Below are positions 43,993 through 53,092 of a stretch of DNA of 64,000 bases, one piece after another (the stretch's first letter is position 1; every line of letters starts with the position of its first letter). The notes beneath the pieces were generated by a model. That model saw nothing but the letters and a program-made list of their open reading frames with translations, searched no databases and was not told the DNA's origin. The stretch lies in contig JBBTSZ010000004.1 in the NCBI GenBank assembly GCA_038064495.1, positions 5,363-69,362 of the forward strand. Direction: 5' to 3'. This DNA comes from Patescibacteria group bacterium (lineage in GTDB: Bacteria > Patescibacteriota > Minisyncoccia > Phycocordibacterales > Phycocordibacteraceae). Both the position numbers and the translations under genes were made by a program.

Positions 43993-45322
43993 ACTTTTTA
44001 TCGAGAACTCCATCAATACACTTGTCGAAAAGCTTCACAGAGGAGCACTTCGACCCGAGGACCTATCGAATGCAACGCGTGAGAACATCTCTGAGCTCGA
44101 CTCGAAGTATCATGCGTTTGTCGTGTCGGCGGACAAGGGAGAGATGCTACGTATGCAACAGACCTCCGCCGGGAAAGGATTGTTCGCGCATGTTCCCGTT
44201 GGCGTAAAAGACATCTACAACACGGCCGATTTTCCAACACAGATGGGAAGTGCGTTATGGAAAAATTTCAAACCAGGCAACGATGCGCGCAGCCTCTTTA
44301 ATTTAAAGCGAGAAGGTGCGGTCGTGGCGGGGAAGACGGTCACGGCTGAGTTTGCCGTACATGCACTGAATGAAACCCTGAATCCCTACGACGTAACCCG
44401 TACGCCGGGCACATCTTCATCGGGTTCCGCTGTCGCGGTTGCGCTCGGCATGGTGCCGTTTGCTACTGGCACCCAGACGGCAGGGTCCATCATCCGTCCT
44501 GCGAGTTTTTGTGGTATCTACGGTATGAAGCCGTCCTTCGGATTTATTCCCCGCACGGGTGTACTGAAGACTACCGACAGTCTCGACACGCTCGGATTTT
44601 TCAGCGTGCATCTCGAGGATTTGAGGCGAGGCTTCGATGCCATGCGCGTTCATGGTCTTGACTACCCGATAAGCAACGTCGCCATAACGGACACGACGCG
44701 ACAGCAGAAGCGGGAAGGTCGCCCCTGGCGCGTCGGCTTCGTTCGCACTCATACCTGGGACGATGCTGAACCATACGCACAAGAGGCGTTCCTTGCGTTT
44801 GCGAAAAAACTTGGTGAGGAACGTGGTTTTGAAGTCGTTGACGCAACACTTCCGGAGCTGCTGCGGCAAGCGCACGAGACGCACGAGACCATATATGACA
44901 AAGCTCTCTCGTATTATTTCCAAAACGAGTACAAACATGCCGAGGACATTTCTCCCGTGATGCAGGAGATGATAGAGAAAGGGAAGGCGATTACGCCCGA
45001 GATGTACCAGGTGGCACTCGCTCGTCAGAGCGAGATGCTCTACGCGATGGACGAATATCTCAAAGAATTCGAGGTGCTTATCACACTTTCGACTGCGGGC
45101 GAAGCCCCGCTTCGTGAAGTGCGCGAGAAGCCAGACTCGTCTCTCATATGGACACTTACGCATCTTCCGGTGGTCGGCGTACCAGCATTTCGCTCACCGG
45201 ACAATCTCCCGTTCGGGTTTCAAGTGGTCGCACGCAAATACAACGACTACCTCCTACTCTCGTTCCTCGACACACTTCGTGAACGGAACCTTATTCCTGC
45301 GCGAGCCGGGTATTTCCTATGA
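43985..45322 (+). CDS. Amidase-signature family enzyme
   Basis: [45 protein letters not shown] amidase signature; 8-nt overlap with upstream gene. Confidence 0.7.
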   Translation: [445 protein letters not shown]

Positions 45323-46158
45323 AAGTTCTTGTACCAGGTTCGCGCGGTCTTTTAGGGACTACACTTACGGCAGTATTACAAAGTCAGCGACATGAAGTAA
45401 TTATCTTTGAAGGAGATATATCTGATGAGCAGAATGTAAAAGAGCAGGTACGTCACACATCGCCGGACGCCATTGTGAATGCATCTGCTATTGCGGATGT
45501 AAAAGTCTGTGAGGAGGAACCGGAGAAGGCAAGGGCAGTAAATGCGCTCGGCCAGAAATATCTCGTCGAAATGGCACAAGAGCTTTCGATTCCAATTATC
45601 TATATTTCCACGGTGTCAGTATTTAACGGAGAAGGAAATTACAAAGAGGATGATATCCCGAATCCACAGAATGTTTACAATAAAACCAAAAGAGAAGGCG
45701 AGCTACATACCCTTGCATACCAGAAGGGAATCGTGGCTCGTGTAAATATAATAGGTATTCATCGAAACGGTTCACGCGGGAAGGCGTTCCTTGAATGGAT
45801 GATTGATACGATAAAGGCTAATAAGGATCTGACTTTGTACACAGACTCGCGAATCAATCCATTATCAAATATCACCTTATCAGATCTCATACTCAAGCTA
45901 CTGGAAAGGCCTCCTGAGTATCAGATTATCCATCTAGGCTCTAAGGATGTGATATCGAAGGCAGATATCGGTGAGATGGTGTTGTCATATTTTCCTGAAT
46001 ACGCTGGTGAGGTGACGCGAACCCCTCAGTCAACCCAGTCAACGCAACCAAGGGAGATGTGGCTGAATGTGGAAAGAGCCGCAAAGCTGTTCGGCCCTCT
46101 TCCCTCTGTTTCAGAGGAGGTTCAGAAAATATTGCTTAATAAGAATGTTGCTTCCTAA
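45319..46158 (+). CDS. RmlD-like NAD(P)-dependent sugar 4-ketoreductase (dTDP-4-dehydrorhamnose reductase family)
   Basis: MKVLVPGSRGLLGTTL; YNKTKREGE (YxxxK). Confidence 0.6.
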   Translation: MKVLVPGSRGLLGTTLTAVLQSQRHEVIIFEGDISDEQNVKEQVRHTSPDAIVNASAIADVKVCEEEPEKARAVNALGQKYLVEMAQELSIPIIYISTVSVFNGEGNYKEDDIPNPQNVYNKTKREGELHTLAYQKGIVARVNIIGIHRNGSRGKAFLEWMIDTIKANKDLTLYTDSRINPLSNITLSDLILKLLERPPEYQIIHLGSKDVISKADIGEMVLSYFPEYAGEVTRTPQSTQSTQPREMWLNVERAAKLFGPLPSVSEEVQKILLNKNVAS

Positions 46159-46186
46159 GCTCTTGGCGCGAGGTTATACTCGGTAC

Positions 46187-47278
46187 ATGAACAGGCAACC
46201 GATCAAAATAGGAAACCGTTTAGTGGGTCCGGGGTATCCGGCCTACATCATTGCCGAGATAGGCTCCAATTTTGACGGCGATCTTGAGAGGGCAAAAATG
46301 CTCGCTAAGATGTCCAAAGACGCGGGAGCAGACGCGTATAAGATTCAAAACTTTCTTGCTCCAAAGATTGTCTCCGCAGAAGGATTTAAAGACCTCCAAG
46401 TAGCCTTCCAGGCAAAATGGGACAAACCGGTAGTGGAAGTATATAAAAACGCGGAGTTTCCTCGTGAATGGGTAAAAGAAGTTGCAGACTACTGCAAAGA
46501 AATCGACATCGAATTCTTCTCTAGTCCGTATGACGAAGACGCAGTGGACCTCCTCGAAGAGCTTGGTGTGGCCGCTTACAAGGTAGGTTCAGGGGAAATA
46601 GATAATCTCGAGTTCATTACGCGTATTGCAAAGACCGGAAAGCCAGTCATTATTGGCGCAGGAGCCGCAACGATAGAAGAAGTTGAAGATGCGATACGTA
46701 CCGTACGCCAGGCGGGGAATGAACAAATTGTTCTTCTCCAGTGTGTTACGAATTATCCTTCACCTATGAAAGACGCAAACTTGCGTGCCATGGTCGCGAT
46801 GGGCGAACAGTTCAACGTACTCTACGGATACTCTGACCACACTATAGGTACCGCAGGCGGAGGAGATGACCCGCTAAACGGCATCACCGTTCCTTTGGCG
46901 TCGGTTGCACTTGGCGGTTGCCTCATAGAAAAACACGTTACGGATGACACTACTCGAAAGGGTCCAGACCATCCCTTCGCTATGGTCATCAACGGAAACT
47001 TCAAAGATATGATTGCTGGCGTACACGCCCTTGAATCCGCCCTTGGTGACGGACATAAGGGGCTCACGTCATCCGAAACGGAGACGTCCGTTATTCAGCG
47101 CCGTGGTGCGTACGCACTGCGGGACATTACGTCGGGAGAGACTATCACCCGAGCTGATTTCGAGTACCTGCGACCGGCAGTAGGCATTCGTCCTCGCGAA
47201 GCAGGAACACTAATTGGTGGAATTGCCAGCCGCGATATTACGAAAGGGAAGCCCATAAAGAATGATGACCTCGCCTAA
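46187..47278 (+). CDS. pseI: Nonulosonic acid synthase (NeuB/PseI/LegI family) with C-terminal SAF domain
   Basis: YIIAEIGSNFDGDLERAKML (canonical NeuB IIAEIGxNHNG); about 364 aa from ATG 46187; ORF-track 5' extension rejected. Confidence 0.75.
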   Translation: MNRQPIKIGNRLVGPGYPAYIIAEIGSNFDGDLERAKMLAKMSKDAGADAYKIQNFLAPKIVSAEGFKDLQVAFQAKWDKPVVEVYKNAEFPREWVKEVADYCKEIDIEFFSSPYDEDAVDLLEELGVAAYKVGSGEIDNLEFITRIAKTGKPVIIGAGAATIEEVEDAIRTVRQAGNEQIVLLQCVTNYPSPMKDANLRAMVAMGEQFNVLYGYSDHTIGTAGGGDDPLNGITVPLASVALGGCLIEKHVTDDTTRKGPDHPFAMVINGNFKDMIAGVHALESALGDGHKGLTSSETETSVIQRRGAYALRDITSGETITRADFEYLRPAVGIRPREAGTLIGGIASRDITKGKPIKNDDLA

Positions 47279-47927
47279 CGAAAAAGTTATTGCCGTCATA
47301 CCGGCCTATAACGAGGCAAAAACAATCAGGAGGGTCATAGAAGGACTACGTCCTTACGTTTCCTCCGTTGTTGTCGTGAACGACGCTTCAAAAGACGAAA
47401 CGGAGAATGAGGCGCACGCTGCGGGCGCCACGGTAGTGTCGCACAAAGTTAACCAAGGATACGACACCACTATTAATGATGGATTCAAGAAAGCTGCGGA
47501 AGAAGGTGCAACCATTATTCTTACGTTCGATGCCGACGGCGAACACGAGCCAACTGACGTGCCGCGCATTCTTGCACCTATTCGTGAAGGAAAAGCAGAC
47601 TTGGTACTCGGCCAAAGGCCAGAGAGTCGCCACTTCGGTGAGCGAGTACTCGCCAGCTATACAAAGGCGAGGTATGGAATTCCTGACCCACTCTGCGGAC
47701 TGAAAGCATATAAGCGAGAAATCTATAACCGTGTGGGTTTTTTTGATTCGGTCTCGTCCATTGGTTCAGAACTTTCGCTTCGCGCGATACGTCTCGGGTA
47801 TAATCCTGCTCTCGTCCCGATAACACTTCACGCGCGGGAGGTAGGAGATACGTCTCGGTTCTACGAATTTAATCTACGGGGTAACATGCGAATACTTATG
47901 GCATTGTGGCGCATACTATGGATATGA
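47262..47927 (+). CDS. Small glycosyltransferase family 2 protein
   Basis: VIAVIPAYNEAKTI…VVVVNDASKDET. Confidence 0.55.
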   Translation: MMTSPNEKVIAVIPAYNEAKTIRRVIEGLRPYVSSVVVVNDASKDETENEAHAAGATVVSHKVNQGYDTTINDGFKKAAEEGATIILTFDADGEHEPTDVPRILAPIREGKADLVLGQRPESRHFGERVLASYTKARYGIPDPLCGLKAYKREIYNRVGFFDSVSSIGSELSLRAIRLGYNPALVPITLHAREVGDTSRFYEFNLRGNMRILMALWRILWI

Positions 47928-48925
47928 AAACCTATCGAGGCGTCGTTATAGGGTGCGGAAAGGTGGGCGCCACCTTCGAAATGGATACCGGTCTTGTGAG
48001 GCCTGCCTCACACGCAGCCGCGCTTGTGGCGCACCCGCAAACAGAACTCGTCGCGCTTGTAGACCCCATGCCTGAGGCACTCGAACGCGCTGGAGGATAC
48101 TACAAGGTGCCTACCTATACTGATGCCGAGACATGCTTCACAGCAATGAAGCCGGATATTGTCATCATCGCGACTCCACCACCTACGCATGAAGCAATGC
48201 TTGCTCTCGCATTTGCGCATAACATTCCTGCTGTAATTTGTGAGAAGCCCGTGGCAGATACTCGTGTAGAAGCAGAACGTATGATTGATGCGACCGCGAA
48301 GGCTTCCACGCTCGTTATTGTTAATCATCAGCGCAGATTCTTTCCTCTGTTTATTGACGCTAAGGAGCGTATTGCAAAAGGAGAGCTAGGACGGGTGCAA
48401 CAAATAACGGCATACTACACTAATGGTCTTACCAATAACGGTACACACACACTTGATGCGATTGCATATCTCATCGCTGACCATGCTACGTGGGTAGTGG
48501 GGGTACGTAACGAAAAGAACACTACAGCGCCATTCAGCACGAACATCGATGGACTTGTCGGGTATGCGGGTGGAGCTGTCGCAGCAATACAGAGTCTTGA
48601 TAACGACTCATACGGGGTTCACGATTTCCGTATATACGGAACGGAGGGGGTCCTCACTATCGGGCAGTACGGCTATGCCTTTTCTCGAACACCTGTCGCA
48701 GAAGGCATAACGTTTGCCGGCGTCAAAGAGCCAGACTGGGAACACTCGGTGAACGAGCTTGATAAACGGAGCATGCTCCTCGGGACCCTTGCCCATACAG
48801 TGGAATGCTTGGAGCGAGGCACCCCGCCACGTAGCACCCTTTCCGATGGTTATCAGACTATGCAGGTACTCGAGGCGCTTACCGAGAGCGCAGACAATGG
48901 AGGCCAGCGCATTACCATTTCATAG
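47918..48925 (+). CDS. Gfo/Idh/MocA-family oxidoreductase
   Basis: YRGVVIGCGKVGATF; ICEKPVADT. Confidence 0.65.
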   Translation: MDMKTYRGVVIGCGKVGATFEMDTGLVRPASHAAALVAHPQTELVALVDPMPEALERAGGYYKVPTYTDAETCFTAMKPDIVIIATPPPTHEAMLALAFAHNIPAVICEKPVADTRVEAERMIDATAKASTLVIVNHQRRFFPLFIDAKERIAKGELGRVQQITAYYTNGLTNNGTHTLDAIAYLIADHATWVVGVRNEKNTTAPFSTNIDGLVGYAGGAVAAIQSLDNDSYGVHDFRIYGTEGVLTIGQYGYAFSRTPVAEGITFAGVKEPDWEHSVNELDKRSMLLGTLAHTVECLERGTPPRSTLSDGYQTMQVLEALTESADNGGQRITIS

Positions 48926-48931
48926 TTTTCC

Positions 48932-50221
48932 ATGGATATCGAAGCTCCAGCCATTCTTGGCGGCACACCCGTTCTTACGACTCCTCTACCACCTACGCAC
49001 AATGTGGGTGAGGAAGAGGTGCGTGCTACTACGCGCGTTCTCATGGGCGGCCCACTTTCCGGTTTCATCGGTACCGTTGGCGCGAGGTTTCTTGGGGGGG
49101 CGGAAGTCCAGCGTTTCGAAGAGGCATTTCGCGAATATTTTGGGGTGAAGCACGCGGTTGCATTTAACTCAGGCACTACCGCGCTTCATGCGGCGATTGC
49201 CGCACTCGGTATTGGGCCGGGTGATGAGGTCATTGTCCCACCGTACTCTATGGCCGCGTCTGCAGTATGTGTCGTGAACAATGGTGCCATACCCGTGTTT
49301 GCAGACATCGACCCAAAGACGTTCACTCTCGACCCAGAATCAGTGAAATCAAAAATCACGAAGTACACCAAAGGCATTGTGGTCGTGAACTTGTTTGGTC
49401 AGGCTGCAGACCTCGATGCCATCATGACCATCGCAAAAGACCACAACCTCAAGGTGCTTGAGGATAATGCGCAGTCACCGCGCGCCATGTACAAGGGAAA
49501 ATATGCAGGCACCATTGGAGACGTGGGCATGTTCAGTTTCAATGTGAACAAAGTTGCGCAGTGTGGAGAGGGTGGGGTGGTGGTTACGAACGATGACACC
49601 TACGCACTTCGTGCGCAGCTTATGCGCAATCACGGCGAGTCAGTGGTGGACGATTTACCTGACTACGATGCTGGACCTATATTCGGCAGTAACTACCGCA
49701 TGACGGAACTCGAGGCTGCCATCGCGTACGAGCAGCTGCAAAAGCTCGAACATTTCAATGCGCGCAAAGTTGAGCTTGCTGAATACCTCACGAGTCAGTT
49801 GAAGGATATTCCTGGGATAACGACTCCGTTTATTCCAGAAGGGAACACCCATGTGTATTTCCAGTACGCACTCAAAGTCGATGTAGAGAAAACAGGCATC
49901 TCGCGCGACAAGCTCGTTGAAGCAATGGCTGCCGAGGGATTCCCCATGGCACGCGGCTACGTGAAGCCCATTTATCTTCTGCGTATGTTCCAGGAGCGCA
50001 AGGCGTTTAACGATACTCATTTCCCCTTTGAGTACGATGGATATCAGGGCAACCCCGACTACTCGAAGGGGTCGTGTCCAGTTGTGGAGCGCATGTACGA
50101 AACGGAGCTTACCTCTAGCATGCTCTGTCAGTTCCCACGCACAAACGAACACATCGACTTGTTCGTGTTCGCATTGAAACGAGTGTTAGCAAACGCAGAG
50201 GCAGTAATGAAAGGAGCATGA
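48932..50221 (+). CDS. pseC: DegT/DnrJ/EryC1/StrS-family PLP aminotransferase (PseC-like)
   Basis: Family-typical length (429 aa) and pattern VIVPPYSMAASA…FSFNVNKVAQCGEGG. Confidence 0.65.
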   Translation: MDIEAPAILGGTPVLTTPLPPTHNVGEEEVRATTRVLMGGPLSGFIGTVGARFLGGAEVQRFEEAFREYFGVKHAVAFNSGTTALHAAIAALGIGPGDEVIVPPYSMAASAVCVVNNGAIPVFADIDPKTFTLDPESVKSKITKYTKGIVVVNLFGQAADLDAIMTIAKDHNLKVLEDNAQSPRAMYKGKYAGTIGDVGMFSFNVNKVAQCGEGGVVVTNDDTYALRAQLMRNHGESVVDDLPDYDAGPIFGSNYRMTELEAAIAYEQLQKLEHFNARKVELAEYLTSQLKDIPGITTPFIPEGNTHVYFQYALKVDVEKTGISRDKLVEAMAAEGFPMARGYVKPIYLLRMFQERKAFNDTHFPFEYDGYQGNPDYSKGSCPVVERMYETELTSSMLCQFPRTNEHIDLFVFALKRVLANAEAVMKGA

Positions 50222-51006
50222 TAGACGGTAAGAAGATCGTTGCGATTATCGAAGCACGCATGACCTCGTCACGCTTGCCGGGGAAGGTGCTCATGCCACT
50301 AGCAGGGGAGTCCGTACTGGCACGCCAGATAGAACGATTGCGCCACAGTACGCACATTGACGACGTCGTGGTCGCAACGACCACGAATGCTCCAGACGAT
50401 GCTATCGTTGCGGAGTGCGAGCGTCTCAACGCGCGCTATTGGCGCGGAAGTGAGGACGATGTGCTTCTGCGCGTACTTGAGGCAGCGCAATCGGTACAAG
50501 CGGATATCATTGTCGAAATCTGTGGAGATTGCCCCTTTATTGACTGGCGTCATGCGGATGCCCTCCTTGAAATGATGGGTAAGGACGGGTATGACTATGT
50601 CGCAAACTCGCTGGAAGAGACGTTCCCCATCGGATTTGATATTCGCATTTTCCCGACGACCATTCTTGATGAGGTAAACCGCATCAGCAAAGACGCATAT
50701 GATCACGAGCACGTCTCTTTGTATATCTACAATCACCCTGAGAAATATAAGCTCGGGAATATCGCTGCGGAAGGAAAGATGCGTCGCAGGGACCTCCGAC
50801 TCGTTATCGATAACAAAGAGGACTATCAACTCGCTTCAACCATCTACGAGAAGCTCTATCCAGGAAATCCCAACTTTAGTGCCGAGGACGTGATTACATT
50901 GTTTGAGCAGGAGCCAGAGCTCGCACTCATAAACCGCGACATTAAACAGAAAGACCCCTACGGTACGTTTATGGAACGGCACATGCGTGAGGACACTATC
51001 GAATAA
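50218..51006 (+). CDS. pseF: CMP-nonulosonate synthetase (acylneuraminate cytidylyltransferase family, PseF-like)
   Basis: KIVAIIEARMTSSRLPGKVLMPLAG matches CMP-NeuAc synthetase N-terminal signature. Confidence 0.7.
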   Translation: MIDGKKIVAIIEARMTSSRLPGKVLMPLAGESVLARQIERLRHSTHIDDVVVATTTNAPDDAIVAECERLNARYWRGSEDDVLLRVLEAAQSVQADIIVEICGDCPFIDWRHADALLEMMGKDGYDYVANSLEETFPIGFDIRIFPTTILDEVNRISKDAYDHEHVSLYIYNHPEKYKLGNIAAEGKMRRRDLRLVIDNKEDYQLASTIYEKLYPGNPNFSAEDVITLFEQEPELALINRDIKQKDPYGTFMERHMREDTIE

Positions 51007-51074
51007 CAGAACGGGTTACGGGTACCGCTCTTACCTCAGTTTCTCTGATTGTTTTACAACCAGCGTTTCTCGTG

Positions 51075-51203
51075 ATGGATATCGTTATACCAATTACGAT
51101 GGGCATCATGATTTTCAAGGAGCGCCGTCAATTCGGACCATGGGACATTGTGTTCTATGTTCTCGGAATTATCGGTTTCCTGCTGGTGCTCTTCGGCTCA
51201 TAA
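51075..51203 (+). CDS. Unannotated 42 aa hydrophobic peptide (small membrane protein)
   Basis: MDIVIPITMGIMIFKERRQFGPWDIVFYVLGIIGFLLVLFGS; below ORF-track length cutoff; followed by intrinsic terminator. Confidence 0.3.
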   Translation: MDIVIPITMGIMIFKERRQFGPWDIVFYVLGIIGFLLVLFGS

Positions 51204-51207
51204 ACTC

Positions 51208-51248
51208 GCGCCCCCACAACGCAAATTGTGGGGGCGCTTTCTGTGGTA
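51208..51248 (+). terminator. Rho-independent terminator
   Basis: GCGCCCCCACAA-cgcaa-TTGTGGGGGCGC then TTTCTGTGGTATCTTT. Confidence 0.65.
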
Positions 51249-51294
51249 TCTTTGCATCGTATACAGGACCTTCAAGGTTATATCTAGTACTTAA

Positions 51295-53058
51295 ATGAAA
51301 AACTGGGGCACGATTAAACGTTTATATGGTAAATACCGACTGCATGTCGGTACCCTTATTGTACTTGGACTTGTTGGGGCGGTGCTTGATGGTCTGGCTA
51401 TCAACATTGCCGTACCCTCTATATCGTTTCTCGTAAATCCGCACTCGGTCCCTACCGACATCATTTCAAAGACCATAGCAGCACTCTTTGCTTTTTTTGG
51501 TGTTTCGTTCACCTTTCGGCACCTCATTATCCTTATTACGATTCTTATGTTCGTTCGTGCAGGGGTGCTTGTTATCTTCGGCTACCTGCGTGGCTGGATT
51601 ACGGGAGATTTCCTTGCAAGTGAAAGTAAGATTGTGCTTGGTGCCACGCTTGCTGCCTCGTGGCCCTTTCTCCTTAAGCAAAAGATTGGTCATGTACAAA
51701 ATACCCTTGAGCGTGATTTGCAACGTTCAGCAAATCTACTTGAGTCGTTTAGTCAACTCGTCCAGTCTTTCACTGGATTCTTGATGTACCTCCTGGTGGC
51801 ACTCAATATCTCTCCATCGACAACCCTTTTTACCTTTGCTGCGGGTGTCGGGCTGGCATTACTCATTCGTCCTTTACTTGCCCGAACACAACGTATTGGC
51901 ATGCAAATGGCCAATACCGACCGTCAGGTATCCCAGTTTGTAACTGAGCATGTTATTGGCATGAAGGCGTTAAAAGCTGCTGGCGTAGAGGGGAAGGCTT
52001 TCTTGGCTGGTTCAGAACTATTTACGACACTGCACACGCTCTATGTGCGGATGGCAACGGTACGTTCACTTTCAACGAGCTTTTTTCAACCGTTCGCAAT
52101 GATATTTATCATTATTCTATTTACACTTAAATATCATTCCGGCTCGTTTGATATTGTGGCATTTGCTGCCACCCTCTATTTGATTCAGAAGATCTTTACG
52201 TATCTCGAGAGTACTCAGGCATCACTCCACGGCATTCGGGAACTCCTGCCGTATGCCGCACACATTGATGAGTTTAAGCAGCAGCTCGAGACTGCCCATG
52301 AGGAGCCTCAAAAGGGCACTCAGTCCTTCTCGCTCAAGAAATCTCTTGCATTTAAGAATGTGTCATTTGGCTACAGCCAAGAAAAGGTAATCCTCAAGAA
52401 TGTATCGTTCTCACTTGCTGCAGGAACCACGACAGCTGTTATTGGTCCCTCTGGTGCCGGGAAGACTTCTATCGCCGACCTAGTGCTCCGTCTCTTTGCT
52501 CCGACTAGTGGAGTGATTGAAGTGGATGGTATTGACTACAAAGACATTTCTCTCGAGAGCCTCCGTGGTTCACTTGGATACGTTACACAAGACTCATTTC
52601 TACTCCACGCATCCATCGCAGATAATGTACGTTTCTACCGCAGTGAACTACGCGATGAAGACATAACCAATGCACTACACTCTGCAAACCTTACGGATTT
52701 TATTGAAAGCCTACCGGATGGAGTTAACACCATTGTGGGGGATAGGGGAGTGCTACTTTCAGGGGGCCAGCGCCAGCGTGTCGCGCTTGCACGTGCACTT
52801 GCAGGCTCACCTGCACTCTTGGTACTCGATGAAGCAACGAGCGCGCTTGATCGTGAGTCAGAACGTCTGGTGCAGGAATCTATTGAGGCACTGCATGGCA
52901 AAGCCACAGTCTTAGTTATTGCTCACCGTCTCTCAACGATTGAGCGAGCTGACTCTATTTTAGTTCTGGATAAGGGTTCTGTTCTTGAGTCGGGTCGCCC
53001 TGAAGAACTGATACAAGACCCAAATTCGTACTACAGTCGTCACCGCACAGGAGGGTAG
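51295..53058 (+). CDS. ABC transporter, fused permease/ATPase exporter (MsbA-like)
   Basis: 6-TM N-terminal domain; Walker A GPSGAGKTS; signature LSGGQRQRVALARAL; Walker B LLVLDEATSALD. Confidence 0.8.
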   Translation: MKNWGTIKRLYGKYRLHVGTLIVLGLVGAVLDGLAINIAVPSISFLVNPHSVPTDIISKTIAALFAFFGVSFTFRHLIILITILMFVRAGVLVIFGYLRGWITGDFLASESKIVLGATLAASWPFLLKQKIGHVQNTLERDLQRSANLLESFSQLVQSFTGFLMYLLVALNISPSTTLFTFAAGVGLALLIRPLLARTQRIGMQMANTDRQVSQFVTEHVIGMKALKAAGVEGKAFLAGSELFTTLHTLYVRMATVRSLSTSFFQPFAMIFIIILFTLKYHSGSFDIVAFAATLYLIQKIFTYLESTQASLHGIRELLPYAAHIDEFKQQLETAHEEPQKGTQSFSLKKSLAFKNVSFGYSQEKVILKNVSFSLAAGTTTAVIGPSGAGKTSIADLVLRLFAPTSGVIEVDGIDYKDISLESLRGSLGYVTQDSFLLHASIADNVRFYRSELRDEDITNALHSANLTDFIESLPDGVNTIVGDRGVLLSGGQRQRVALARALAGSPALLVLDEATSALDRESERLVQESIEALHGKATVLVIAHRLSTIERADSILVLDKGSVLESGRPEELIQDPNSYYSRHRTGG

Positions 53059-53092
53059 TCGCCCTTTTCGAGAGTGGTATAGTCTAGGACAT

